NCBI GenBank assembly: GCA_964429485.1
Contig: CAYSBW010000005.1
Span: 2,458-66,457, forward strand
DNA: 64,000 nucleotides
Direction: 5' to 3'
From: an uncultured Syntrophorhabdaceae bacterium
Lineage (GTDB): Bacteria; Desulfobacterota; Syntrophorhabdia; Syntrophorhabdales; Syntrophorhabdaceae
Positions 1 through 10,687 of the stretch are shown one piece after another. The translations under genes and the position numbers were made by a program. How positions within the stretch are numbered: position 1 is the first letter of the stretch; each line of letters opens with the position of its first letter. The notes below the pieces were generated by a model. That model made no database searches. It saw only the letters and a list, made by a program, of their open reading frames with translations, and had not been told where the DNA came from.

Positions 1-237
1 AAGTAACGGAGCGTCAAGAAGAGCAATGCGAGCAGGGTTATTAGGGGTCAGTAAGGAGGAAAGATCCTTTTTGGTTTCTTCTTCTGTTACAATTATGAAA
101 CGCCATGTCTGTGTATTTGCCCACGAAGGTGCCCGCCTTGCTGCCTCAAGAATCTCAAGAAGAATCTCTTCCGGTACTGCATCGGGTTTATATTTCCTGA
201 TGCTCCTTCTTTCGTGAATTGTCTTTAATATATCCAT
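1..237 (-). CDS. Nitroreductase family protein, N-terminal 79 codons only (gene runs off left edge)
   Basis: My own translation of the minus strand from the ATG at 237-235 gives MDILKTIHERRSIRKYKPDAVPEEILLEILEAARRAPSWANTQTWRFIIVTEEETKKDL... This matches the RRSIRKY / APSxxNxQxWRFIVV signature of the nitroreductase fold. The ORF track omits it because it is truncated. The listed + ORF 26..217 is its antisense shadow. Confidence 0.75.
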   Translation of the reverse strand, partial: MDILKTIHERRSIRKYKPDAVPEEILLEILEAARRAPSWANTQTWRFIIVTEEETKKDLSSLLTPNNPARIALLDAPLL

Positions 238-318
238 GATTTTATAAATAGTATGCTAACATATTTCTTGCAAAATTCACAACAGCACAAATAAATTATC
301 TGAAGTTTTCCTGGAAAT

Positions 319-1998
319 TTATAGTTCACTTACACCAGGATCCAACTGATGAGGCTCGAGTTCTTTCGCAGCATATTCTGAATAGATTTGTTTTTTTATA
401 AAAAGATCCAGTAATTCAGGATCGAGACCGTTGCTTGTTGCCATAGTTTTCATGATATTAATTGCTTCAGATAGTGTAATGCCTTTTTTGTAGGGTCTGT
501 CCCTGGCTGTGAGGGCTTCAAAAACATCTGCCAATGCAAGTATTCGGGATTGAAGGGGAATGCTGTTGCCTTTGAGACCTGAAGGATAGCCTGAGCCATC
601 AAGCCTTTCATGGTGGGCTGCTGCATAATCAGGAACATGACTTAATTTTTTTGGAAAAGGTAATTGTGAAAGGATCTTATAAGTGATTTCAGCATGGTTG
701 TTGACCACAATCCTCTCAGACTCTGTCAGGGTGCCATTTTTTACAGTAAGATTCAACACTTCATCATCAGTAAGCATGGATTTTAATTCGCTACCCATAC
801 TATATTGTCTGCCGGCAATTTCCTTTACTCTATCGATCATTTCATCAGTCATAATTTTGCTTCCGTCGTTGGAACTGATGAGGAACGTCAGGTCTTCTTC
901 AAGTTGTTTTATTAAGTAATCATTTTTATTAATAATATTAATCTGTCCCTGACCTGTCTTTTTTCTCAGGATTTCTATTTCATGGTCTCTTTTTAATATT
1001 TCAATCCGAGTTTTCAACAGCTCTATCCGGTCAAATTTTGTTTCCAGTTTTGTTGCTTTATCAACAATGAATTCCGGTGTGGCTACCTTGCCCACATCAT
1101 GAAGCCATGCAGCTATGCGGAGCTCTTTCATTTCATCTTCATTAAAACCAATATCCGAGTAATGTCCTTCTGTGGATTCATTTATTGCTTTTGCAATAGC
1201 TATGGTTAATTCTGCAACACGTCTTACATGTCCTCCTGTATAGGGAGATTTTTCATCAATCGCAGCAGCAATTGACCTGATGAAGGATTCCAGAAGATTT
1301 TCAAGACTGTGAATCAGTTGTGTATTGGTAAGTGCTACTGCTGCCTGGGATGCTAAAGATTCGGTCATCCGCCTGTTTTCGAGCGAAAAAGGCACCACTT
1401 TTCCTGTTATAGTATCACGTGAATTTAAAAGCTGAAGAACACCAATAATATCGTTCTCGTGATTTCTCATAGGGACAACAAGCATTGATTGTGAGCGAAA
1501 ACCTGTTTTTTCATCAAATAACCGGGTACCTTCAAAATTAAAACCACTTGCGTTATAAACATCAGGAATATTAACAACCTTGCCGGAGAGGGCAGCATAA
1601 GCAGAAACATTGGAATAATTAGGGATATTATCTTCATTGATAAGAAGTATAGGATCCCATGTAATTTCTCCACCAGTGCCTCCCATGCCTATGCCAAGAA
1701 CGGAATTCTGAACAACGGCAAAACAGAGCTTTTTCCTATCATCAGACATTATATACAGCGTCCCCCCGTCTGCATCTGTAAGATTTTTTGCTTCCTCAAC
1801 AATCATCTCGAGGAGTCGGTGAGGATTTTTTTCTGCAGATAAAGCAACACCGATCATGGTAAGTTTCTCTATTTTTTTAAGCTGATTTTTTATGAATTCC
1901 CGGATGAAGGATACCGGTTTGTTGAATAGAGTCTTCATCTGATCTTTTTCTTCACCATGATAGATCTTTTGTTTTTTATCTTCCCTGTTCATTTCCAC
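319..1998 (-). CDS. GAF domain / HD-GYP domain protein (putative c-di-GMP phosphodiesterase)
   Basis: N-terminal GAF-like region. HD motif WLHDVGK and the HHERLDGSGYP (HD-GYP) motif are present in the translation. Confidence 0.85.
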   Translation of the reverse strand: MEMNREDKKQKIYHGEEKDQMKTLFNKPVSFIREFIKNQLKKIEKLTMIGVALSAEKNPHRLLEMIVEEAKNLTDADGGTLYIMSDDRKKLCFAVVQNSVLGIGMGGTGGEITWDPILLINEDNIPNYSNVSAYAALSGKVVNIPDVYNASGFNFEGTRLFDEKTGFRSQSMLVVPMRNHENDIIGVLQLLNSRDTITGKVVPFSLENRRMTESLASQAAVALTNTQLIHSLENLLESFIRSIAAAIDEKSPYTGGHVRRVAELTIAIAKAINESTEGHYSDIGFNEDEMKELRIAAWLHDVGKVATPEFIVDKATKLETKFDRIELLKTRIEILKRDHEIEILRKKTGQGQINIINKNDYLIKQLEEDLTFLISSNDGSKIMTDEMIDRVKEIAGRQYSMGSELKSMLTDDEVLNLTVKNGTLTESERIVVNNHAEITYKILSQLPFPKKLSHVPDYAAAHHERLDGSGYPSGLKGNSIPLQSRILALADVFEALTARDRPYKKGITLSEAINIMKTMATSNGLDPELLDLFIKKQIYSEYAAKELEPHQLDPGVSEL

Positions 1999-2161
1999 AG
2001 TTCCTTTTTTCTTTAATTATGCCATATATTTTCAACAATGGTACCTTTATTATTGATTATTCCTTGTTCAATAAGTTTTTAAAAATACCATTTTAAAAAA
2101 AAATAGTTTATAATCTGTGTTTTGTTGCTGCTGTTAATAATGCCAGACAAGGAGGAAAGCT

Positions 2162-2854
2162 ATGAATTTAAAGACTATCCAGAAAATTTCCTATGGAATG
2201 TATGTTATAAGTTCCAGGAAGGGAGACAGGATTAACGGACAAATTGCGAATACGGTATTCCAGATTACATCAGAGCCTCCAACAATAGCAATCAGCATTA
2301 ATAAACTCAATCTGTCCCACGAATATATTTCTGAAAGTAAAGTTTTTACTGTTTCGATTTTGTCAAATGAAGCGCCCATGACTTTAATAGGCAATTTCGG
2401 GTTTAAATCAGGCAGAGATGTTGATAAATTTAAAGATGCAAAATTTAAAAGCGGACTTACAGGTGCGCCTGTCGTATTGGAATATACTGTAGGTTATCTT
2501 GAATGTGAGGTAATGGGTGTCACTGATGTAGGCACACATACGATTTTTATTGGAAAGGTTGTTGATTGTGATATTTTAAGCGATAAAGAACCTATGACCT
2601 ATGCATATTATCATCAAATAAAGGGTGGAAAGTCACCAAAAACAGCCCCTACATATATAAAGGAGGAGGAACCTGCGAAAAAACCTGCTCCTGCAGGCAA
2701 GTATAAATGCAATGTTTGCGGATATGTGTATGATCCTGAAAACGGCGACCCTGATTCAGGCATACAACCAGGTACAGCCTTTGAAGATCTGCCCGATGAT
2801 TGGACATGCCCTATTTGCGGTGCTTCAAAGAATGATTTTGAACCGGAAACATAA
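2162..2854 (+). CDS. Flavin reductase-like domain fused to C-terminal rubredoxin (high-molecular-weight rubredoxin type)
   Basis: The N-terminal ~160 aa is flavin-reductase/FMN-binding split-barrel like. The C-terminus [12 protein letters not shown]...[13 protein letters not shown] carries the two CxxCG rubredoxin knuckles. SD AAGGAGG lies upstream of the ATG. Confidence 0.85.
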   Translation: MNLKTIQKISYGMYVISSRKGDRINGQIANTVFQITSEPPTIAISINKLNLSHEYISESKVFTVSILSNEAPMTLIGNFGFKSGRDVDKFKDAKFKSGLTGAPVVLEYTVGYLECEVMGVTDVGTHTIFIGKVVDCDILSDKEPMTYAYYHQIKGGKSPKTAPTYIKEEEPAKKPAPAGKYKCNVCGYVYDPENGDPDSGIQPGTAFEDLPDDWTCPICGASKNDFEPET

Positions 2855-2915
2855 ATAAGGGTCATAATCATAGGGTTTTAAAAAAACAAGAAATGTGATA
2901 AAGGAAAAAATTATT

Positions 2916-3803
2916 ATGAACAGTACCTTGGGTCAAACAAATTTTGCAGATATAGGCGCCCCGAAGAGAGGGAAAGTAAGAGACATATATGATCTTAAGG
3001 ATAAACTTTTAATAATTACTACTGACAGGCTGTCTGCCTTTGACGTAGTTCTTCCTACCGGTATCCCGGACAAAGGCAAGGTTTTGACAAAACTTTCTGA
3101 GTTCTGGTTTAGAGAGATGGAAGATATTATTGGTAATCACATACTGGAAACGGATGTTGAAAAATACCCCGAGCCCTTGAAAAAATATGGCGAACAGTTG
3201 AAAGACCGGAGTATGATCGTTAAAAAAGCAAAGGTGATACCCGTTGAGTGTGTGGTCAGGGGTTATCTCTCCGGCTCAGGGTGGAAGGATTATCAGGAAA
3301 AAGGGAGAGTATGCGGAATATCTTTGCCCGGAGGTCTTCTTGAATCATCAAAACTTGAAAAACCTGTTTTTACACCAACCACGAAGGCTGAAGAAGGTCA
3401 TGATATGAGTATAACCTACGATGAAACAGTTGATTTAATAGGCGAAAATCTTGCAAAAAAAATGATGGATACAAGTATAGCCATTTATGAAAAAGCATGT
3501 AGAGTAACTGAAAAAAAAGGTATTATCATTGCAGATACAAAATTTGAGTTTGGTATTATAGACGGTGAAATGATAATCATCGACGAGGTACTTACTCCTG
3601 ATTCATCAAGATTCTGGTCGATAAAGGATTATCAATCCGGGAAATCCCAGGATAGTTTTGACAAACAGATTGTCAGGGATTATCTTGAAACTCTTGACTG
3701 GAATAAGGAATATCCAGGGCCGGAATTACCCTTTGAAGTGGTCGATAAAACACGGGCGCGATATGTTGAGATACTCCAGATACTTACAGGAAAGGGCTTA
3801 TAG
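2916..3803 (+). CDS. purC: Phosphoribosylaminoimidazole-succinocarboxamide (SAICAR) synthase
   Basis: GKVRDIYD...TDRLSAFD...KFEFG motifs typical of PurC. The ORF track starts at GTG 2895, but ATG 2916 is preceded by AAGGA and gives a canonical N-terminus. Confidence 0.9.
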   Translation: MNSTLGQTNFADIGAPKRGKVRDIYDLKDKLLIITTDRLSAFDVVLPTGIPDKGKVLTKLSEFWFREMEDIIGNHILETDVEKYPEPLKKYGEQLKDRSMIVKKAKVIPVECVVRGYLSGSGWKDYQEKGRVCGISLPGGLLESSKLEKPVFTPTTKAEEGHDMSITYDETVDLIGENLAKKMMDTSIAIYEKACRVTEKKGIIIADTKFEFGIIDGEMIIIDEVLTPDSSRFWSIKDYQSGKSQDSFDKQIVRDYLETLDWNKEYPGPELPFEVVDKTRARYVEILQILTGKGL

Positions 3804-3907
3804 AAATTATGTTCGCTGAAGCCGGCTTTGTTTTAAGTATCTCTTTATGAGATTTGCTTAAAAACCGTTAGCATTATATGATCTGCTGATGAAGTAAGGA
3901 AAATTCA

Positions 3908-3944
3908 ATACTTTCCGTGCCCCTTGCAGGGGCACGGAAAGTAT
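3908..3944. terminator. Bidirectional intrinsic terminator between convergent purC and adh
   Basis: Perfect 16-bp stem ATACTTTCCGTGCCCC / GGGGCACGGAAAGTAT with a 5-nt loop TTGCA. T-rich tracts follow it on both strands. Confidence 0.75.
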
Positions 3945-3976
3945 CTTTTAATTGCAAAGAGAAGTATGAGTATTTT

Positions 3977-5011
3977 CTATGTTTTGCCAACTCTCAATAC
4001 CTTAGCTCCACGTATTTTTCTTTTCTTAAGTTCGACTAATGCCGTATTGGCATCTTCAAGCCTGTATTCCTGTACCTCCGGTTTTATCGGAATTTCTGCA
4101 GCCAGTTCAAGGAATTCGCTGATATCCCTGCCCGCGACATTTGCAACACTTTTTATCTCTTTCTCAAGCCAGAGATGACCCGGATAATCAAGCTCGAGGA
4201 GGGTTCCCTTATCCATTTCTTCTTTTCGTATTGCATTGATGACAAGCCGGCCGTTCCTCTCAAGATGTCTTAATCCTTCCAGAATAGGTTTCCAGACCGG
4301 TGTTGTATCAATGGCACAGTTCAGTTTTTCCGGAGGATTGTCATCAATATCTCCTGCCCAGTGGGCACCAAGTTCCCGGGCAAATATGCGTTCCCCCTTA
4401 CTTCTGGCAAAGACAAAAAATCTGGAATCAGGATACATATATTGTGCCATCTGCAGAACAATATGTGCGGATGCACCAAAGCCTATGAGCCCGAGGGTGT
4501 CCCCGTTTTTCATATTGGTGAGCCGCAGCGACCGGTAACCTATTGCGCCGGCACATAAAAGCGGAGCCGCTTCTATATCGGAAAATATACCGGGTATCAT
4601 GTAGGCAAATGTTTCAGGGACAGCAGCGTACTCGGCATATCCTCCATTTACATCTCTACCGGTAGCTTTAAATTCTGAACAGAGGTTTTCATTACCTTCA
4701 AGGCAGAATCTGCATTTTCCGCAGGCAGAGTGGATCCATCCGATACCCACCCTGTCGCCTGCCTTCAGTTTTTTTACTTTTTTACCTGCTTCCTCTATTT
4801 TTCCCACGATCTGGTGTCCCAGAATGACAGGAAACCGCGGTGGAGGGGTCCTGCCCTCTATCTCATCAATCTCTGTGTGACATACACCGCATGCAGAAAC
4901 TTTTATAAGTATTTCATTTTCTTTAAAAACCGGAACAGGAAGATCCGCAAACTCAAGGGGACAGTTATTATCATTTATATTGCTTATTTTCTTCAGTATC
5001 ATTGCTTTCAT
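3977..5011 (-). CDS. Zinc-dependent alcohol dehydrogenase (MDR superfamily)
   Basis: GVCHTEIDE catalytic zinc motif, a CGKCRFC structural zinc cluster and a GLIGFGASAH Rossmann motif. Confidence 0.85.
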   Translation of the reverse strand: MKAMILKKISNINDNNCPLEFADLPVPVFKENEILIKVSACGVCHTEIDEIEGRTPPPRFPVILGHQIVGKIEEAGKKVKKLKAGDRVGIGWIHSACGKCRFCLEGNENLCSEFKATGRDVNGGYAEYAAVPETFAYMIPGIFSDIEAAPLLCAGAIGYRSLRLTNMKNGDTLGLIGFGASAHIVLQMAQYMYPDSRFFVFARSKGERIFARELGAHWAGDIDDNPPEKLNCAIDTTPVWKPILEGLRHLERNGRLVINAIRKEEMDKGTLLELDYPGHLWLEKEIKSVANVAGRDISEFLELAAEIPIKPEVQEYRLEDANTALVELKKRKIRGAKVLRVGKT

Positions 5012-5046
5012 GATTTTAATTTTTCCTTAAATATTATCCTGTTTTT

Positions 5047-8000
5047 TTACTTTTTTCCAGTTAGCCATCTGTTCAGGTGGTCAAAATAAACATAAAAAAC
5101 CGGAGTTACATATAATGTCATTATCTGCGAGAAAAGCAGACCTCCCACAACGGCAAGACCCATGGGCTGACGAGCATCTCCTCCGGCGCCTATGCCGAGT
5201 GCAAGGGGCATGGAACCGAAAAGTGCAGCCAGTGTGGTCATCATGATCGGGCGGAAACGTATCAGACATGCTTTATGGATAGAATCTTCAGAGTTCAGCC
5301 CTTCAGCCCTTTCAGCTTCAAGGGCAAAATCAACCATCATGATCCCGTTTTTCTTTACAATACCGATGAGAAGTATGATGCCGACCATGCCGTACATATC
5401 AAGCTCCCTGCCGAAGATGAGTAGCGTAAGGATTGCTCCGAATCCTGCAAGAGGAAGGGCTGTAAGTATGGTAATGGGGTGTATAAAGCTTTCATAAAGA
5501 ATGCCGAGGATCATGTAGAGTACAAGGATCGTGATAGCCAATAAAAAACCCATACTTCCGAATGACTTTTGAAATTCTTCCGCAGACCCCTGAAAACTGT
5601 AAGACAGGCTTGTGGGAAGATTTACGTCGGCAGCTATCTTTTTTGTGCCTTCAACAGCGGTTCCTATCGAGTATCCTGGTTTCAGGTTAAAAGAAACTGT
5701 AGCGGATGTGAGCTGGCCTGTATGGTTCACGCTTGTCGGGCCTGTCCTTTCTTCAAGGCGTGCGACAGTGCTTAGCGGGACAAGTTTTCCGCTATTAGAT
5801 TGGATGTAAAGATATGAAAGCGCATTCGGATCCTGCTTAAACTCCGGTTGTACTTCGAGTATCACATAGTATTCGTTGAGCGGTGCATATATTGTTGATA
5901 TTTTGCGTGACGCGTAAGCAGAAAAAAAAGCATTCTGTATCTGATCAAGGGAGAGCCCGAGTGCAGACGCCTTATCCCTGTCTATATTTATATATAGCTT
6001 CGGGTTATTCAGCTTCACGTCAGTATTAACATCCGATAATCCGGGAAGCTCCTTCATCTTTGCTTCGAAAATTTCTGCAAACTTGTATAGTTCGTCAAGT
6101 TCAGAACCTTGCAGGGTAAACTGATACTGGGCAAGGGAAGAACCAGCGCCTATCTGGATGGGCGGAGGGTTCTGAGGAAAGACAAGCAACCCGGGGACAC
6201 TGTTCAGTTTAGGTCTTATATCATCAATGATCTGGTCTATAGATCTTTTCCGTTCTTTCAAATTTTTTGTTTTAACAAATAAAACACCCTGGCTGTATGT
6301 GTTTAGCCCTGCAACAGATACAAACTTATCGAGATCAGGCTCTTTTTGCACTATATCATTTACTGCTGTCTGATGTTTGACCATGTCTTCAAAGGAAATT
6401 CTGTCGGCCGCCTGAACATAAGCACTAAAAAAATTCTGGTCCTGACTCGGCAAAAACCCTTTCGGTATTTTCATAAACATGAAAGCTGTACCGAGCATGA
6501 CAAGCACAGTAAACACAAGTGTTATAAACCGGTGTCCGAGAACGAACTTCAAGGTTGAGCCATAGAACTCAGTTCCTGTGGCAATAACTTGCTCAATGCC
6601 CTGATATAACCGCCCCTCTTTCTTCTTTTCAGAAAAGTTTTTTAAAAGCAGGCTGCAGAGCATGGGGGTTAATGTGATTGATATAAAACCTGAAAGCAGA
6701 ATCGAAACAGCAATGCTTACTGCAAATTCACGAAAAAGTCTTCCTATAATGCCTGGCATTAGAAGGATCGGTATAAACACTACAACAAGAGACAGTGTCA
6801 TTGAAATGATAGTGAATCCTATCTCCTTTGAACCGTTCAACGATGCTGTCATTGCATCTTCACCCATTTCCATGCGGCGAACCACATTTTCCAGCATAAC
6901 AATCGCATCGTCCACAACAAGGCCGACTGCAAGAACGAGTGCCATGAGGGAGAGGTTGTTCAGGCTGTAGCCAAGCATATTCATTGCCGAAAATGTTGCA
7001 ATAATCGAAAGAGGAATTGCGATATTCGGTATTATGGTAGACCGAAACGACCTCAAAAACAGGAATATGACAATGAGAACTATAAATATAGTCAGAATCA
7101 GGGTAAACTGCACATCCGCAATCGATTCTTCGATATATTCCGAGGAATCATAAATCATATGCCATTCTATTGATTCAGGTATCATTGTTTTCAGCTTCGG
7201 AATAATCTCTTTTACGCCTTCGGATACCTTTACAGCATTTGCACCGGGCTGCTTCTTAATGGCAAGGACAATCGCGTACTGGCATTTATCTTTCGTCCCG
7301 TACCAGGTTGCAAACTGTTTATCTTTTTCAACACCGTCAATTGCATTACCTACATCTTTCACCCTCACAGGGTTGCCGTTGTTATAAGCAACAATCATTT
7401 GCCGGTATGGTTCGGCATCAAGGAGCTGGCCATTGGAGTCAACTGTAAAGGACTGGAATTGACCATCTAAGGTTCCGCCAGGCAGGTTCACATTGCCTTT
7501 GCTTACGGCGTTTTGTACATCATTTATCCCGATACCCTTATTGGCAAGAAGCTTGGGGTTAACCTGAACACGTACCGCATATTTTTGTCCGTATACGGTG
7601 ACCTGTGATACGCCGTTAACCGTGGAGAAATTTTGTGCAAGAATATTTTCGGCGTAATCGTTCAGTTTATTAAGCGGCATGTTATCTGAAGTAAGGGCCA
7701 GGTAGAAGATTGGCTGGTCGGAAGGGTTTACTTTGTCATAAGTGGGGGGGGTTGGCATGTTCTGCGGAAGGTCGCCCTGGGCAGCATTGATTTTGGCGGT
7801 TACATCCTGAGCACAGTTGTCAATGTTACGATCAAGTGTAAACTGAAGGATGATGCTCGTATTCCCCTGAAAACTCTGGGATGACATTGATGTCAACCCT
7901 GCTATACTTGAAAAGGATTTTTCCAGAGGCTTGGCAACGGAAGATGCCATAGTTTCGGGGCTTGCCCCTGGCAATGAAGCGGAAACTTGTATGGTCGGAA

Positions 8001-8124
8001 AGTCTGTGGCGGGAAGGTCATTTATCGGCAACGATGTATAACTCAAAATGCCGAAAAAAAGTATGCTGAACATGACCAAAATAGTCATGACCGGTCTTTT
8101 AATCCATATTTCTGAAAAATTCAA
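5047..8124 (-). CDS. RND efflux transporter, inner membrane permease (AcrB/MdtB-like)
   Basis: 1025 aa with 12-TM RND architecture. N-terminus is MNFSEIWIKRPVMT (the typical FFIxRP start). Two large periplasmic loops. Confidence 0.9.
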   Translation of the reverse strand: MNFSEIWIKRPVMTILVMFSILFFGILSYTSLPINDLPATDFPTIQVSASLPGASPETMASSVAKPLEKSFSSIAGLTSMSSQSFQGNTSIILQFTLDRNIDNCAQDVTAKINAAQGDLPQNMPTPPTYDKVNPSDQPIFYLALTSDNMPLNKLNDYAENILAQNFSTVNGVSQVTVYGQKYAVRVQVNPKLLANKGIGINDVQNAVSKGNVNLPGGTLDGQFQSFTVDSNGQLLDAEPYRQMIVAYNNGNPVRVKDVGNAIDGVEKDKQFATWYGTKDKCQYAIVLAIKKQPGANAVKVSEGVKEIIPKLKTMIPESIEWHMIYDSSEYIEESIADVQFTLILTIFIVLIVIFLFLRSFRSTIIPNIAIPLSIIATFSAMNMLGYSLNNLSLMALVLAVGLVVDDAIVMLENVVRRMEMGEDAMTASLNGSKEIGFTIISMTLSLVVVFIPILLMPGIIGRLFREFAVSIAVSILLSGFISITLTPMLCSLLLKNFSEKKKEGRLYQGIEQVIATGTEFYGSTLKFVLGHRFITLVFTVLVMLGTAFMFMKIPKGFLPSQDQNFFSAYVQAADRISFEDMVKHQTAVNDIVQKEPDLDKFVSVAGLNTYSQGVLFVKTKNLKERKRSIDQIIDDIRPKLNSVPGLLVFPQNPPPIQIGAGSSLAQYQFTLQGSELDELYKFAEIFEAKMKELPGLSDVNTDVKLNNPKLYINIDRDKASALGLSLDQIQNAFFSAYASRKISTIYAPLNEYYVILEVQPEFKQDPNALSYLYIQSNSGKLVPLSTVARLEERTGPTSVNHTGQLTSATVSFNLKPGYSIGTAVEGTKKIAADVNLPTSLSYSFQGSAEEFQKSFGSMGFLLAITILVLYMILGILYESFIHPITILTALPLAGFGAILTLLIFGRELDMYGMVGIILLIGIVKKNGIMMVDFALEAERAEGLNSEDSIHKACLIRFRPIMMTTLAALFGSMPLALGIGAGGDARQPMGLAVVGGLLFSQIMTLYVTPVFYVYFDHLNRWLTGKK

Positions 8125-8137
8125 TTATAAATGCCTT

Positions 8138-9301
8138 TTACTTTTTATTAGTTGTATCAACAGATTTGGCAGATGCACCGGATGTGGCCTGCGGGGCAAG
8201 AGAATCCCTGATTTCTACAGGAAAGCCGTCACGAAGTTTTAATTGACCGTCCGTAACGACAGTTTCGCCTGCAAGAACGCCCTTGCTGATGACCGCTTCA
8301 TTGCCCATGGTTCTCGATACCGTGACAAGTCTGTATTCAACTTTTTTATCAGGTTTCACAATAAAGATATAAGAGCCGCTCTGACTTATCTGTACTGCTG
8401 CTGAAGGAACTACAATTGCATTAGCCTCTTCGGTAAGCTGAAGTACCACATTTACGAATTGTCCCGGCCATAAAAACTTCTCTTTGTTTTCGAACAATGC
8501 TTTAAGCATAATCATACCTGTTGCAGGATCTATGGTATTATCGATAAATGACAGGGTGCCTTTCTGTGTTTTATCCTGAAAACCTGGCACAGAAGCCTGT
8601 ACTTTCAATTCATTGTATGCCTTATATTTCCGTATATCCGGAAGATGTTTTTCCGCAACGGAAAACTTAACATATATAGGGATTATCTGGTTAATAACCG
8701 CAAGCTTTGTGTCGTTGTCCTTTACCATCATGCCTTCATTGACAATATATGCGCCGGTTCTACCGGCAAAAGGGGCGCGTATGTAGCAAAAATCCACATT
8801 AGTCCGGGCATTGTCCATATCAGCTTTATCTGCGTTAACAATCGCTTCCTGAGTAGCTGCAAGTGTTTGTTTACTCTCAAAGTCAGATTTTGAAACAGCG
8901 CCTTTCTCCAGGAGGAAGGCATACCGTTTTGCCTCAGCCTTGTTATATTTCAATTGGGCCATATCCTGCGCGAGCTTGGCTTCGGCGGCCTTAAGTTTTT
9001 CTTTGAAGGGCGCGGCGTCCAATGTAAACATTAAATCGCCTTTACGAATATCCTGACCTTCCTTGAAATGGATTTTTTGAAGCTGCCCCACCACACGAGA
9101 ATAAACAGTAATGCTGTTATATGCTTCTACTGATCCGATTGCCTCGATTATTACAGGCATTGTTTTCTGCACAGCCCTTCCTGCAAGAACAGGCACTACC
9201 TGTTCCACAGGCGGAGGTTGTTTCTTTTCGGATAAAACGAAATAAGCGGCAACAATCAAAACAATGACAATAATAATTATAGTGACTTTTTTGTTTTTCA
9301 T
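8138..9301 (-). CDS. RND efflux periplasmic adaptor (membrane fusion protein, HlyD/AcrA family)
   Basis: N-terminal TM anchor, coiled-coil hairpin and barrel-sandwich regions. It has a 4-nt overlap with the upstream OMF gene and lies directly upstream of the RND pump. Confidence 0.85.
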   Translation of the reverse strand: MKNKKVTIIIIVIVLIVAAYFVLSEKKQPPPVEQVVPVLAGRAVQKTMPVIIEAIGSVEAYNSITVYSRVVGQLQKIHFKEGQDIRKGDLMFTLDAAPFKEKLKAAEAKLAQDMAQLKYNKAEAKRYAFLLEKGAVSKSDFESKQTLAATQEAIVNADKADMDNARTNVDFCYIRAPFAGRTGAYIVNEGMMVKDNDTKLAVINQIIPIYVKFSVAEKHLPDIRKYKAYNELKVQASVPGFQDKTQKGTLSFIDNTIDPATGMIMLKALFENKEKFLWPGQFVNVVLQLTEEANAIVVPSAAVQISQSGSYIFIVKPDKKVEYRLVTVSRTMGNEAVISKGVLAGETVVTDGQLKLRDGFPVEIRDSLAPQATSGASAKSVDTTNKK

Positions 9302-10602
9302 TGTTGGTTTCCCATGGCTTTTTCAATATTTGCCTGAGCAATCTTGTAATCATACAATGCGCCTACATTTGAAAGCTTTGCCTGACTATACGATACGGTT
9401 GCATCCGTAACCTCAAGAGGGTCTGCAAGCCCGGCGCTGTATCTAAGATTTGCAAGCTCAAGATTTTCCGTTGCCTGTTTAACCTGCACTTCGGTGTTGG
9501 CTATCGCATCTTTAGCTTTAATAAGATTTAAATATGACTGCTTCACATCAAGTAATATATCGAGTCGCTTAGAGTTGATATATGCCTCGATGGATCTCAT
9601 TTTTGCAATTGATTCCTCAACTTTGCTTCTGGTCAGATTGCCTTCGAAAACATTTAAGGACATGACAATACCAGCGTTCCACCCCTGTCCCAATGGATAT
9701 TCGCTTCCTATGAAGTTGTATCCGGCCTTTCCGTTTATGCTTGGCAAATAATCCTTTTTTGCACGTTCGGCTGTCATTGAAGCAGCGTCCCTCTGTGCTA
9801 TAAGTGATTTAAGATCAGATCTGTTTTTGTATGCACGGTTTAATGCATCTTCGAGGGAAATATTGTACTCTGAAAAGGATAGGTTATCTTTTATACTGTA
9901 ATCCGTAGTTTCATCAATACCCATAGCGTTATTCAGATTGACCTGAGCAATTTTAAAATCATTCTCAGCACCAATCAGTTTGAGTTCGGCATTGCTTAAA
10001 TCCAGTTCAGCCTTTGTTACATCATATTTAGGTTTTTTGCCTGATGTAAAAAATGTTTTTGCCTGCTCAAGGTGGAGTTTGTATTGGGCTACTGCCTCAA
10101 GGTTTACAACCCTTGCCCTTGTTGCTCTTAACAATTCATAGTATGCTGATTTTACGTTTTTATATACGGTAATCGTTGTGTTGTCGAGATCTAATTTTGA
10201 CGATTCCATGTCAAACTTCTTCGCCTTTACGTCTGACGGAGTTCTTCCAAAATCGTAGATCATCTGACTAAGTGACGCGGTCGCATTATTTTGATTAAAC
10301 GCATTATAGGGGTATGTACCTGTAAAATAAGGGTCATTTGTCTTGTATTCTGCGAAATTTCTTGTAACACTTGCAGATACATCGATCTTCGGGTAGTATG
10401 TTGAACGCGCCTGAGCAAGCAACGCTTCCTTTTGCATGACAGCATATTTATCGCGCATGAGTGCAGGTTGCATTTTTATTGCTATGGATATGCACCTCGC
10501 CATGTCCAATTGTTCGCCATTTTTAATAAGTGACCCGTCTGCGTATATAGAAAAAGGTATGCTAAAAAGAAGAATGATCCAGAATATATTGGTTTTACTC
10601 AT
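9298..10602 (-). CDS. TolC-family outer membrane efflux protein
   Basis: Signal peptide and two internally repeated OEP halves. First gene of the OMF-MFP-RND operon. Confidence 0.85.
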   Translation of the reverse strand: MSKTNIFWIILLFSIPFSIYADGSLIKNGEQLDMARCISIAIKMQPALMRDKYAVMQKEALLAQARSTYYPKIDVSASVTRNFAEYKTNDPYFTGTYPYNAFNQNNATASLSQMIYDFGRTPSDVKAKKFDMESSKLDLDNTTITVYKNVKSAYYELLRATRARVVNLEAVAQYKLHLEQAKTFFTSGKKPKYDVTKAELDLSNAELKLIGAENDFKIAQVNLNNAMGIDETTDYSIKDNLSFSEYNISLEDALNRAYKNRSDLKSLIAQRDAASMTAERAKKDYLPSINGKAGYNFIGSEYPLGQGWNAGIVMSLNVFEGNLTRSKVEESIAKMRSIEAYINSKRLDILLDVKQSYLNLIKAKDAIANTEVQVKQATENLELANLRYSAGLADPLEVTDATVSYSQAKLSNVGALYDYKIAQANIEKAMGNQQ

Positions 10603-10615
10603 AGTAAGATTTTCA

Positions 10616-10644
10616 ATCTTATTTTAATGAAGTAATTTTGTCAA
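10616..10644 (-). promoter_or_regulatory. Candidate sigma70 promoter for the tolC-MFP-RND operon
   Basis: The minus strand reads TTGACA-17 nt-TAAGAT. The -10 element ends only 13 nt before the tolC ATG, which implies a very short leader, so confidence is low. Confidence 0.3.
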
Positions 10645-10687
10645 GGTAAAGATGTGATATAAATCGCTGGTCAGGATAAAACACAGA

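Noticed and set aside
26-217. 63-aa + strand ORF at the left edge.
   Set aside because: It is the antisense shadow of the truncated nitroreductase gene, whose minus-strand translation shows a clear family signature.
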